Assembly (NCBI GenBank): GCA_043808035.1
Contig: JAZDFH010000014.1
Coordinates: 1-35,902 of the forward strand
Length of the DNA: 35,902 nt
From: a bacterium
GTDB lineage: Bacteria > Patescibacteriota > Minisyncoccia > UBA6257 > Colwellbacteraceae
Reading direction: 5' to 3'
In this document: one piece after another, positions 16,981 to 25,389 of the stretch
How the letters are laid out: every line of letters begins with the position of its first letter
Numbering within the stretch: position 1 is the first letter of the stretch
Translations under genes and position numbers: made by a program
The notes under the pieces: generated by a model
What the model saw: only the letters and a program-made list of their open reading frames with translations
Told to the model about the DNA's origin: nothing
The model's database searches: none

Positions 16981-17014
16981 CTAAATTAAAAACGCGAATG
17001 AGTTTTTAATTTAG
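16981..17014. promoter_or_regulatory. 13-bp stem hairpin/operator candidate 76 nt upstream of the 320-aa gene
   Basis: ctaaattaaaaac gcgaatga gtttttaatttag is a perfect inverted repeat. Confidence 0.45.
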
Positions 17015-17089
17015 TGAAAAGATAATTTTCCTTTATCTTTATAGAATAACGTTCTATTATATAAGCATTACGTAATTTTTTTTAATAAA

Positions 17090-18052
17090 ATGACTAAACG
17101 ATTAAATTTATTTTTTCTCTATAGGAGTTTCGTATGGGTACTCATAGGATGTACAACGGTTTTATGTGTTGGAGTGCTGCCCGTATCTGCTGCAGCTATT
17201 GCGCCCGAAGTGGCGGTTTCTGGCGGTGCTTCGGAAATACCTGTTTTAATTAGTGTGGCAGCGAGTGATGCAGAGAGTGTTCATTTGCAATGGCTTCCGA
17301 TATGGAGTGCGACGGGGTACGATGTATATCGGCGAACTGGAATTGATGGGGAGTATGTTCGCGTTGGAACGGAACCGACGATCACGGGAAGTAGTGTCTC
17401 GTCATATATTGATACGGATCTTTTTTCGTCGACAGTCTATTCTTATCGTGTTTCGGCATTGAACTCGGGTGCGGAATCTGCCGCATCGTTTCCTGCAACT
17501 GTCGAAACTTCAGCAGCTCCTGTTTTACCGGACAATAGTATACAGGCGGTGACAATTATAAAAGAAGATGTGTTGGATATGACAGTTACTCCTACTGTGG
17601 CAACATCGACAGATAGTACACTTGAAGTAGGATCGGTCGCGACGAGTACAGCACAAGTTATTAGTGAACAATCAACATCACAAGCAACGTTGAAGGATGT
17701 GTTGCAAGGATTGTTAGAACAAGTCGCGGTTTTACAGGCTCAGCTTGCATTGATGAAACAAGAAGAGATAATACAATTCTCTCTAACGGTAATTCCACAG
17801 AGTGGCTCATATACTCAATCTCTACACAGCGGTATGCAAAACGACGACGTTTGTGCATTGCAAACATTTTTAAAAGAACAAGGGGAAGATATTTATCCGG
17901 AAGGATTAACAACGGGACACTTTGGGCTGCTTACTGAAAAAGCGGTACAGCGTTTTCAGAAAAGATATAATATTGCTTCGGAAGGGGATGATGGGTATGG
18001 ATATGTTGGTCCCAAGACCAGGACGAAATTAAATGAGTTGATCGGGTTATAA
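17090..18052 (+). CDS. Secreted protein: signal peptide, fibronectin type III domain, coiled coil, C-terminal PG_binding_1 domain
   Basis: FN3: VHLQWLPIWSATGYDVYRRTGIDGEYVRVGTEP...STVYSYRVSALNSGAESAAS. Coiled coil: LKDVLQGLLEQVAVLQAQLALMKQ. PG-binding: MQNDDVCALQTFLKEQGEDIYPEGLTTGHFGLLTEKAVQRFQKRYNIASEGDDGYGYVGPKTRTKLNELIGL. Confidence 0.85.
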   Translation: MTKRLNLFFLYRSFVWVLIGCTTVLCVGVLPVSAAAIAPEVAVSGGASEIPVLISVAASDAESVHLQWLPIWSATGYDVYRRTGIDGEYVRVGTEPTITGSSVSSYIDTDLFSSTVYSYRVSALNSGAESAASFPATVETSAAPVLPDNSIQAVTIIKEDVLDMTVTPTVATSTDSTLEVGSVATSTAQVISEQSTSQATLKDVLQGLLEQVAVLQAQLALMKQEEIIQFSLTVIPQSGSYTQSLHSGMQNDDVCALQTFLKEQGEDIYPEGLTTGHFGLLTEKAVQRFQKRYNIASEGDDGYGYVGPKTRTKLNELIGL

Positions 18053-18075
18053 AAAAATAAAAAATATTTTTTGAG

Positions 18076-18098
18076 CTCCCATTCTGTGGGAGTTTTTT
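18076..18098 (+). terminator. Terminator of the 320-aa gene
   Basis: ctccca ttctg tgggag followed by tttttt. Confidence 0.65.
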
Positions 18099-18244
18099 GC
18101 GCAATTTTTTTGACAAAAAAATGATTTTATATTTATCCCCATGGTTTGATTTCTTCAGAGTGGTATACTGTTTAATAACAATACATTAAGTAGAAAGCAG
18201 ACAGCACGTTGTCGAGTGTTGTAACTTCAAATTTTAAAAAAACA

Positions 18245-21200
18245 ATGATAAGTAAATTAAAAACATTTTCGATAAAGAACGTACTATTATTTGCGTTCAT
18301 ATTTTTGTTGGCGGCATGTGCTGTTTTTTTTCTTACACAGCAGTCAAATGCTGGGTTGAGTAGTGAGATTCAAGATCTTACAAATGGTAGTGGTATTAAG
18401 ATGAAACAGTCGAGTGATTTCCGTCCGATTTTCGCTATTACTTTTGGTAGTACCGATGCGGGCGAGACATTACAGGCTATTACAGTCGCTTTTATTGCAG
18501 GTAGTGGGACTCCAACATGGAATAATGGAGCAGCAACTTCGTCGGAGTTGCTTGACCTTGCGACAACCAGTGGTGGTGTATCTCTCTGGAAAGAAAGTGG
18601 TGCGACCCCTGGCTTTCATGCGGAGGAAGATACTCAAATAACTCTTGCTTCAACTCCACAATATAGTGGTGGAACATTTCAAATTACGCCGGCATCAGTG
18701 CCGACTTTAGCAGAGGATGATATATATTACGTTGTATTAAAGTCTGACACGACAGGTGTAACGGATGGGAATTCTTTTGGTGTTACGGTTCCAGTAAATG
18801 GTGTTGCAACAAATGGCGGACCAGTAACGTTACCTCAGGTCACAGCTGGTGTAATGATAGACACCGTTGTACCAGTAGTGAGTACTGGAGGACCTCAAAC
18901 AGGGGAACAGTCTGTCCCTGTTGAAGCATTAGTTGATAGGTCATTTAGTGAAGTACTTGATTTTACAACTGTTTCGACATCAACGGTTTCTCTAAAGACC
19001 AATGAGGGGAATACACAGGGAGGAACTCCAACAGGATCTAATCTATGTGGAGTAGTTTTTCTTGAGAATGGGAATCGTATCATTTGTAATCATATGAATG
19101 ATGCAACACCACTTAACCCTTCGATTTGGTATACTTTTACGATTACTACAGATGTAGCGGATAATGCGGGGAATCACCTCGCGCAAGCTTTTACGAGTTC
19201 ATTTCAGACATCAAGTTTCGGTGGAGGACAAAGCTTTAATCCACCGCCGTTTATTATGGGAACGACACCTCCTCCAGGAGGTCAGGTTCCATTGAATGGG
19301 AAAGTTGCAATTAATTTCAATAAACTGATGGTGACATCAGGTGATGGTTCGGTTGTTAGCACAAGTGTTGTGCAATTGTTCCTTACACAAAATTTTCAGG
19401 AGACAGGATCGAATCTATTAAATGTGACAACCGGGTGGAATTATCTGAGTGAATCTAATCAATTGAATATCCCGCTACCAACATTGACGTCAGGGTCACA
19501 GTATCGATTAATTGTTCGTGGTGATAACAACACTGATCCTGGTGATGGTAGTTGTGGTGGCACGGGCGAGCAGGCATGCGCGATGAGTACGGATGGAATG
19601 GCATTCCCTCAAAGCAAATTTATTGTTGACTTTACCGCAGGAGCTTCTGATGCAACAGGACCAACAGTAACGGGGAGTTTCCCAGACAATAACATTATCG
19701 GAGTAGATCGCGCGATCTATGATATCTCGGTGAGTTTCAATGAACCGGTTGCGCCGGCATCCGTATCAACAACATCAGTTAAATTATTTGCTGATAACGG
19801 AGATGCTTCTTTTGATGTTGGTACCGATACATTGGTAAGTACAGGAACAGTTGATCGTGATTTTGATGGTCGAACTGTTTTCTATTCACCAAATGCTTTG
19901 CTATCAGCGAGTACAAAATATTTTTTGGTAATCACATCAGGTTCAAACGGAATTACTGATTTGATTGGCAATCAGATGAGCGCAAATGTTGTCCGATCAT
20001 TTACCACGGGCGCTGACATTAATGGAGGAGCTTCAGATACGACGAATCCAAGTGTAATATTCGCAAACGCGGATAATTATGGTATTGCGATAACACTTTC
20101 AGAAGCGTTGAAGTTTAATACAACAGAGAATCAGACAAGCGGGTCATCAAGTGGCGCGAATGACGCAAACAATGCGAATTTATGGACGATAGAGACTTCC
20201 AGTGATGGAGGAACAACATGGAGAGCAATGCCTCTCACTGATCCGCAAACGGGCGCGATGCAAAACGGTAAATCAATTCGATATGAAGCCCGATCAAACA
20301 CGGTATTTATTGATGGACTTTCGATGCCACCGGGAGATGAATTTCGTGTAACAGCTTCGACAAGTATCCAAGACCTCGCAGGGAATGGGATGGAATCAAC
20401 GGGAAGGATTGCGAGAGGGCAGATACTAAGCAGTCAGGATACGGGAGGTATGCTTGGCGCGGGAGGAATGACGGGCAGCGAGCCTGATTTCTTTACAATG
20501 GGTATGCGTCCGGTAGAAGCGTTTCCAAAGACCGCTCTTGCTGGCGCAACGACACGATATAGAGTTGAATTTCCTGCTGATACGGCAATTCCTGCTTCAG
20601 GGAAGATTAGCTTACTTTATCCATCAGGATTTAGTTTTGGGGCAAGTTGTACAACATTACCCACAGATATATTCGAAAATAACGATATAAATGGACCTGC
20701 TCCAGGTATGGTAACGATAGCATCAGTTGCATGTAACTCTGTCTCTCGGTTGATAACAGTAACGCTTGGCAGCACTGCGACACAAGCAGGGGACATGATT
20801 CGTTTCGAAATTCAAGGGATAGTCAATTCAACTGTTCCTAAAGATTTCTCAACATCGGGATATACTGTTGATATAAAAACATATAACGCTTCAAATACGT
20901 TGTTGGAGACGATGACGACAATGCCATTCTTTGTTACAACGGCGGGTAGTTACTCCGCATCTGGTACGGTTTTTATTGATGATGGAGCAGGAGGAGGAAC
21001 CGCGAATAACGGACAAATGGATGGAACGGAAGCAGGTGTACAAAGCGTTAATGTCTGTATGGGAGGACCGTTTGGTTTTCAGTGCACAAACACGAATTCA
21101 AACGGTGTCTTTACTTTTTCTCAATTAAATAATGGATTCTATAACATCAATATACCGCCGCTTTCTTCAGGAAACGTGACGGGAGGACCATTTTTTAGAG

Positions 21201-24200
21201 ATATAAACATATCGAATGGTAACGCGGCAAATATTAATTTCCCATTACAACAAGTATCGTCTGAAAGTATTCTTGATGTATATATTTCAGGAGGAGTAGC
21301 TCTTGCGAACACGAAATTGGATGTATTCGCATTCTCGTCAATGAGTGGAAATTTGATGGGCGGTCCTGGACAGGATGGTCCTGGGCAAGGAGGATCGGGA
21401 CAGGGAGGATCAGTGCTTCGCGAAGTGACATTGGATGATAGTGGTATAGGAACGGTTACTCTTCCTCTTTCACAAGGAAGGTGGCAGGTTGGACTTGGTC
21501 CATGGATGCCAAAAGAACCGGGTACTATTGCATCTGTGCCAGACTTCACATTCATGCCTCCGCGGCCACAAGATGTGAATGTTGATTCTAACGGCGTGCC
21601 AGATTTATGTACGACTGGGGCGGGAGCAGCAAATGAGTTATGTTTCTCATTAGCCGCGGCAACGCAACAAATCAAGGGTAAAGTTGTTGATGGGGCCGGT
21701 AATGCGATATCGAACGCATTCGTTATGGCGCGACCAGCATTCTTTACGAGTGACGGAGCAGGGTCGGCTGGAGCAGCACAAACAGATTCGACTGGTAACT
21801 TTAACTTAAAAGTTCTTGGTGGTACGTATATTGTTGATGCTTCTATGCCGGGTATGCCTCCATCGAAAGGTTTTGAATGTACTGTTAAAGACAATACGGG
21901 AGCGAGTGACAGTAACAGTACAGCAGATGTGTATTGTCAGGGCGTACTGATAGTTAACGATATTACAGGATTTTCAGGATCGGCTATCAGCGGTACGGTA
22001 ACGGACAATGACTTAATTATAAAGATTGCAAAGGGAGGTACGTCCATTTCAGGACGTGTACTTGATGAAGGCGGTAACGCTATCGCGTTTGCCCACGTGG
22101 AAGCGATGGAGGTCAATTCGAGCGGGAATCCAATGGGGGGATGGGCAGATGCTCCGACTGACAATTCAGGAAATTATACATTATATGTTTCAGGAGGGTC
22201 TGATGTTGCTCTTAAAAATTGGAAAGTTCGTGCATTTGCACCGGAATTTGGAGAACTTCCCGCAATAACGGTTAGTGTTGTCGAAGGAACGAACCAGACG
22301 GGAAAGAATATTCAAGCGACAGCAAGTGACTTTATTACAGTACAAGGATATGTGTATATTGATTCCGATACGAGTGGTTCTTATACCAGCGGTGAAGGAG
22401 TCCAAGGAGCGCATGTTGGAATTAATGGCCAGACAGGTGGAAACGGTGGTATGACCGACAGTGATGGTCTTTACACGATTAAGTTAAGATCTGGGTCAGG
22501 ATATACGATAGATGGATTCATACCGGGACAAGGACCTGCGGCATCGCTTCAGAACCAAACGTTGACGAGTAATGTTACCGGTAAGAATTTGGTAATGGCA
22601 CGACCGGGAACAGTTGTTGTCTATGTTTGTACGCTCACTGATCCAAGTGCGGCACCTTCAGCATCGAATAGCTGCGCAGATAGGAAAGTATCAGGTGCGT
22701 TCGTTGATGCTCGAGATTTTTATGGGAAAGGGAATGGGACACAATCGAATACGACTGCGGGAGAATATCAAGTAGTGGTCCCTGCCGGAACGTATACTGT
22801 TCGAGCGAACGAACCTTCGATAGGTCCGATTGGTTATCAAGACAATGTCACGGTAACAGGAGGTGGTACGACGTATGTCAATATTGCCCCGCCTGCGCTT
22901 TATCAAGTGTCAGGTACGGTTATTTCAACGGATAATGCGTGTATCACCGGAGCAACGATTGCGTTGTCGGACTCTTCGAATGGGCGTGTAATCTTGGCTC
23001 AAGTTCAATCAGATGGAACATGGTCTCTCTCTAATGTTCCGAATGGTGCGTATAGTATCATGGCAGGCAAACCCGGATGTGTTGATAGCGCGGATCCTGG
23101 AACAGTAGTTATTTCAGGAGCGAACGCAACGGCGACTGCAAGAACTATGACACAGGCGGATTCAACGATTAGTGGCCGTGTATGGATCGATGCTGACAAT
23201 GATTTTGTTATGGATTCAGGCGAGAATGTGTCCTTCCCTGCAATGGTATTTGCAACATCAGGGACAGGAAGGAGAGTTATAACAGAGGTTGATACATCAC
23301 AAACTGGAACGAATTCGAATTACACGCTTTCATTGACAGCGGGGACATGGATTGTCAAGGTGCGTTCAGACGGATCTGAATCTGCGGAGGCGCAAGTAGT
23401 GGTTGCTCAAGGAGATAATGCAACGCAAAATCTTAAACTTATTACTATTGCGGGGTATACCAGGAAAGAACCGAAGCCGTTTTCTCTTACTCCGTCTCGT
23501 GGCGGTATCGTAAAAAATTCCGAAATATCAGATAATTTCGAACTTAATGTTCCTGCAGGTGCTTTCGGTACATCATCGAATCAAGGATCGGTTTTAACTA
23601 AAGAAACGACTGCGGTTACCGATAGCGCGAACCAGGTTGTTCTTGGCGGAAAAGGAATCGAGGTTACTCCGAAGGATGCATCAGGACAGCCGATAAAAAC
23701 GCTTTCAGCTTCGTCTGGCGGATCAGCAACTATAACTCTTTCTTATACTGATGCCGATGTCGCTACGGCTGGAGGAGATGAATCAAAAATCGTTATTGGT
23801 GCATGGTCTGACGAAAAACAACAGTGGGATCCGTTACCGACGACTTGTGATGCGGTGAACAATAAATGTACCGCAACAGTATCTCACTTTTCCACCTTTG
23901 CTCCTGTGTTACCGACAGGAGGAGGATCTCCGTCAACTCCTTCGTTTTCGGGAGCAACGGCAGTGGGACAGACCCAAGTTAATCTTACATGGTCACCGAT
24001 AAGCGGTGCGACGGGGTATGATATTTATCGTGCACCGACTCTTTCGGGGCCATATTCACGTGTCGGTTCTGAACCGACTGTTTCAAGTGGAAGTACGTCA
24101 ACTTATTCTGATACGGGATTGTCATCAGGAACATCTTACTCATACAAGATTTCAGCATTAAATGATTCAGGTGAATCAGCTGCTTCGACGACAGTCTCTG

Positions 24201-24805
24201 TTACGACGGACTTTGCCTCAACGGTAGGTGGAGGTGGTGGATTTGCTATCTCACCCACGACAACTCAGACGACTGATGATACGGGCACCGGTACTACTCC
24301 AACAGTTGATACTGATACCACGACAGACACGACGATTGAGGCGGTAACTACAGATACTACTATAACAACAGAAGTAACTTTACAACCCGTTACGATTCCT
24401 ACCTTGCCGGAAAATCCGACAATTGTCGATTACCAAAATCTTCTCAGTGCTTTGCTACAACAGCTTTCATATTTGCAATCGCAGTTAGCAACGGCGCAAG
24501 GATCATCATCGAGTGATACAGTAGCGGCAATTTCTACTGCAGCGGTTCCACAAAGCGGATCGTATGGTGCACCATTGTATAATGGGCTTGAGAATGCAGA
24601 TGTGCGTGCACTCCAGACATTCTTGAAGAATCAAGGAAACGATGTATATCCGGAAGGATTGGTAACGGGATATTTCGGAGGACTTACAGAAAAAGCGGTA
24701 CAAAGGTTTCAAGAAAAACATGGTATCGCTTCAAGTGGTGATCAAGGTTACGGATATGTTGGTCCAAAAACCAGAGCTGCAATAAATAGTCTGTTGGGGC
24801 TCTAG
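18245..24805 (+). CDS. Giant (about 2186 aa) envelope protein: N-terminal signal anchor, several SbsA-type Ig-like domains, at least 6 CarboxypepD_reg/SdrD-B-like beta-sandwich repeats, FN3, Thr/Asp linker, coiled coil, C-terminal PG_binding_1
   Basis: TM segment: NVLLFAFIFLLAACAVFFL. Ig-like: DTVVPVVSTGGPQTGEQSVPVEALVDRSFSEVLDFTTVSTSTVSLK and DATGPTVTGSFPDNNIIGVDRAIYDISVSFNEPVAPASVSTTSVKLF. Regulatory-like repeats include GKVVDGAGNAISNAFVMARP...TDSTGNFNLKVLGGTYIV and SGRVLDEGGNAIAFAHVEA...TDNSGNYTLYVSGG. The C-terminal FN3/coiled-coil/PG-binding cassette is paralogous to 17090..18052. ATG 18245 is preferred; TTG 18209 is possible. Confidence 0.85.
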   Translation: MISKLKTFSIKNVLLFAFIFLLAACAVFFLTQQSNAGLSSEIQDLTNGSGIKMKQSSDFRPIFAITFGSTDAGETLQAITVAFIAGSGTPTWNNGAATSSELLDLATTSGGVSLWKESGATPGFHAEEDTQITLASTPQYSGGTFQITPASVPTLAEDDIYYVVLKSDTTGVTDGNSFGVTVPVNGVATNGGPVTLPQVTAGVMIDTVVPVVSTGGPQTGEQSVPVEALVDRSFSEVLDFTTVSTSTVSLKTNEGNTQGGTPTGSNLCGVVFLENGNRIICNHMNDATPLNPSIWYTFTITTDVADNAGNHLAQAFTSSFQTSSFGGGQSFNPPPFIMGTTPPPGGQVPLNGKVAINFNKLMVTSGDGSVVSTSVVQLFLTQNFQETGSNLLNVTTGWNYLSESNQLNIPLPTLTSGSQYRLIVRGDNNTDPGDGSCGGTGEQACAMSTDGMAFPQSKFIVDFTAGASDATGPTVTGSFPDNNIIGVDRAIYDISVSFNEPVAPASVSTTSVKLFADNGDASFDVGTDTLVSTGTVDRDFDGRTVFYSPNALLSASTKYFLVITSGSNGITDLIGNQMSANVVRSFTTGADINGGASDTTNPSVIFANADNYGIAITLSEALKFNTTENQTSGSSSGANDANNANLWTIETSSDGGTTWRAMPLTDPQTGAMQNGKSIRYEARSNTVFIDGLSMPPGDEFRVTASTSIQDLAGNGMESTGRIARGQILSSQDTGGMLGAGGMTGSEPDFFTMGMRPVEAFPKTALAGATTRYRVEFPADTAIPASGKISLLYPSGFSFGASCTTLPTDIFENNDINGPAPGMVTIASVACNSVSRLITVTLGSTATQAGDMIRFEIQGIVNSTVPKDFSTSGYTVDIKTYNASNTLLETMTTMPFFVTTAGSYSASGTVFIDDGAGGGTANNGQMDGTEAGVQSVNVCMGGPFGFQCTNTNSNGVFTFSQLNNGFYNINIPPLSSGNVTGGPFFRDINISNGNAANINFPLQQVSSESILDVYISGGVALANTKLDVFAFSSMSGNLMGGPGQDGPGQGGSGQGGSVLREVTLDDSGIGTVTLPLSQGRWQVGLGPWMPKEPGTIASVPDFTFMPPRPQDVNVDSNGVPDLCTTGAGAANELCFSLAAATQQIKGKVVDGAGNAISNAFVMARPAFFTSDGAGSAGAAQTDSTGNFNLKVLGGTYIVDASMPGMPPSKGFECTVKDNTGASDSNSTADVYCQGVLIVNDITGFSGSAISGTVTDNDLIIKIAKGGTSISGRVLDEGGNAIAFAHVEAMEVNSSGNPMGGWADAPTDNSGNYTLYVSGGSDVALKNWKVRAFAPEFGELPAITVSVVEGTNQTGKNIQATASDFITVQGYVYIDSDTSGSYTSGEGVQGAHVGINGQTGGNGGMTDSDGLYTIKLRSGSGYTIDGFIPGQGPAASLQNQTLTSNVTGKNLVMARPGTVVVYVCTLTDPSAAPSASNSCADRKVSGAFVDARDFYGKGNGTQSNTTAGEYQVVVPAGTYTVRANEPSIGPIGYQDNVTVTGGGTTYVNIAPPALYQVSGTVISTDNACITGATIALSDSSNGRVILAQVQSDGTWSLSNVPNGAYSIMAGKPGCVDSADPGTVVISGANATATARTMTQADSTISGRVWIDADNDFVMDSGENVSFPAMVFATSGTGRRVITEVDTSQTGTNSNYTLSLTAGTWIVKVRSDGSESAEAQVVVAQGDNATQNLKLITIAGYTRKEPKPFSLTPSRGGIVKNSEISDNFELNVPAGAFGTSSNQGSVLTKETTAVTDSANQVVLGGKGIEVTPKDASGQPIKTLSASSGGSATITLSYTDADVATAGGDESKIVIGAWSDEKQQWDPLPTTCDAVNNKCTATVSHFSTFAPVLPTGGGSPSTPSFSGATAVGQTQVNLTWSPISGATGYDIYRAPTLSGPYSRVGSEPTVSSGSTSTYSDTGLSSGTSYSYKISALNDSGESAASTTVSVTTDFASTVGGGGGFAISPTTTQTTDDTGTGTTPTVDTDTTTDTTIEAVTTDTTITTEVTLQPVTIPTLPENPTIVDYQNLLSALLQQLSYLQSQLATAQGSSSSDTVAAISTAAVPQSGSYGAPLYNGLENADVRALQTFLKNQGNDVYPEGLVTGYFGGLTEKAVQRFQEKHGIASSGDQGYGYVGPKTRAAINSLLGL

Positions 24806-24824
24806 TCATTATAATATGTTTGAA

Positions 24825-24852
24825 ACGAAAGCCCCATAATTGGGGCTTTCGT
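24825..24852 (+). terminator. Strong hairpin downstream of the giant gene
   Basis: acgaaagcccca taat tggggctttcgt is a 12-bp perfect stem with no clear U-tract. Confidence 0.6.
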
Positions 24853-24973
24853 GATAGTGCTCTTTTGACAATGGTGATTACTATTGTAGTACATAGCAAT
24901 GTAGACCTTTAAAAATTTTACTATGACCGAAAAAAATTTGTCTTACAGACAATTTTGAGTGTCATACAATTTT

Positions 24974-25345
24974 ATGAAAAAAGTTTCAATTTTTTTCACT
25001 ATTTTGGTGTTTATGATGTTAATTGCGTCTCCTGTGCTTGCTCATAATTTTGTTATATCAAGGGACGATGCATTTGTTACGAGTGTGAGAAGAACTGATG
25101 TTTTGTATATGTCGTTTGAATATAGTAAAGGAATCATTATAGAAGATTTGGCAGTGTTTAATAGCAAGTATCAAGAGTTGAGTATTCGGTCTGTGCAGGC
25201 GAAGACTATATGTATCAGTGGACGAGGTTTTGCTGTTATAACGATGTATTTGGAAAGGCCGGTTCAGTATAGTGGCACATCTACATCGGAACGGATTACT
25301 GTTGAGACAAGGGCAGATAGCTCCATTAGTGTTAGATGGAATTGA
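24974..25345 (+). CDS. Small secreted protein of unknown function
   Basis: The signal peptide MKKVSIFFTILVFMMLIASPVLA|HN is followed by a beta-rich domain of about 100 aa. I recognise no family. ATG 24974 is preferred over GTG 24959. Confidence 0.55.
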   Translation: MKKVSIFFTILVFMMLIASPVLAHNFVISRDDAFVTSVRRTDVLYMSFEYSKGIIIEDLAVFNSKYQELSIRSVQAKTICISGRGFAVITMYLERPVQYSGTSTSERITVETRADSSISVRWN

Positions 25346-25357
25346 CCAAGACGAAAC

Positions 25358-25389
25358 AAAAAGCTTCTCTATAAAAAGAGAAGCTTTTT
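25358..25389. terminator. Bidirectional terminator between the convergent small secreted protein and flippase genes
   Basis: aaaaagcttctct ataaaa agagaagcttttt has 13-bp perfect arms with A/T runs on both sides. Confidence 0.8.

Noticed and set aside
21139-21894. 251-aa minus-strand ORF inside the giant envelope gene, plus similar antisense ORFs at 12775-13065, 13249-13461, 14089-14400 and 15571-15918
   Set aside because: The Gly/Thr/Ala/Ser-rich sense frames (GGN/ACN/GCN codons) leave the antisense frames stop-free. The translations are Pro/Ser/Cys-rich nonsense, and the sense-strand domain architecture is convincing.
12863-24805. The envelope island as a recent horizontal transfer, on the basis of its visibly higher GC content
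   Set aside because: The GC shift tracks amino-acid composition (Thr/Ala/Gly/Ser/Val-rich proteins). Intergenic DNA within the island is as AT-rich as elsewhere. No integrase, tRNA-adjacent att site or direct repeats flank it.
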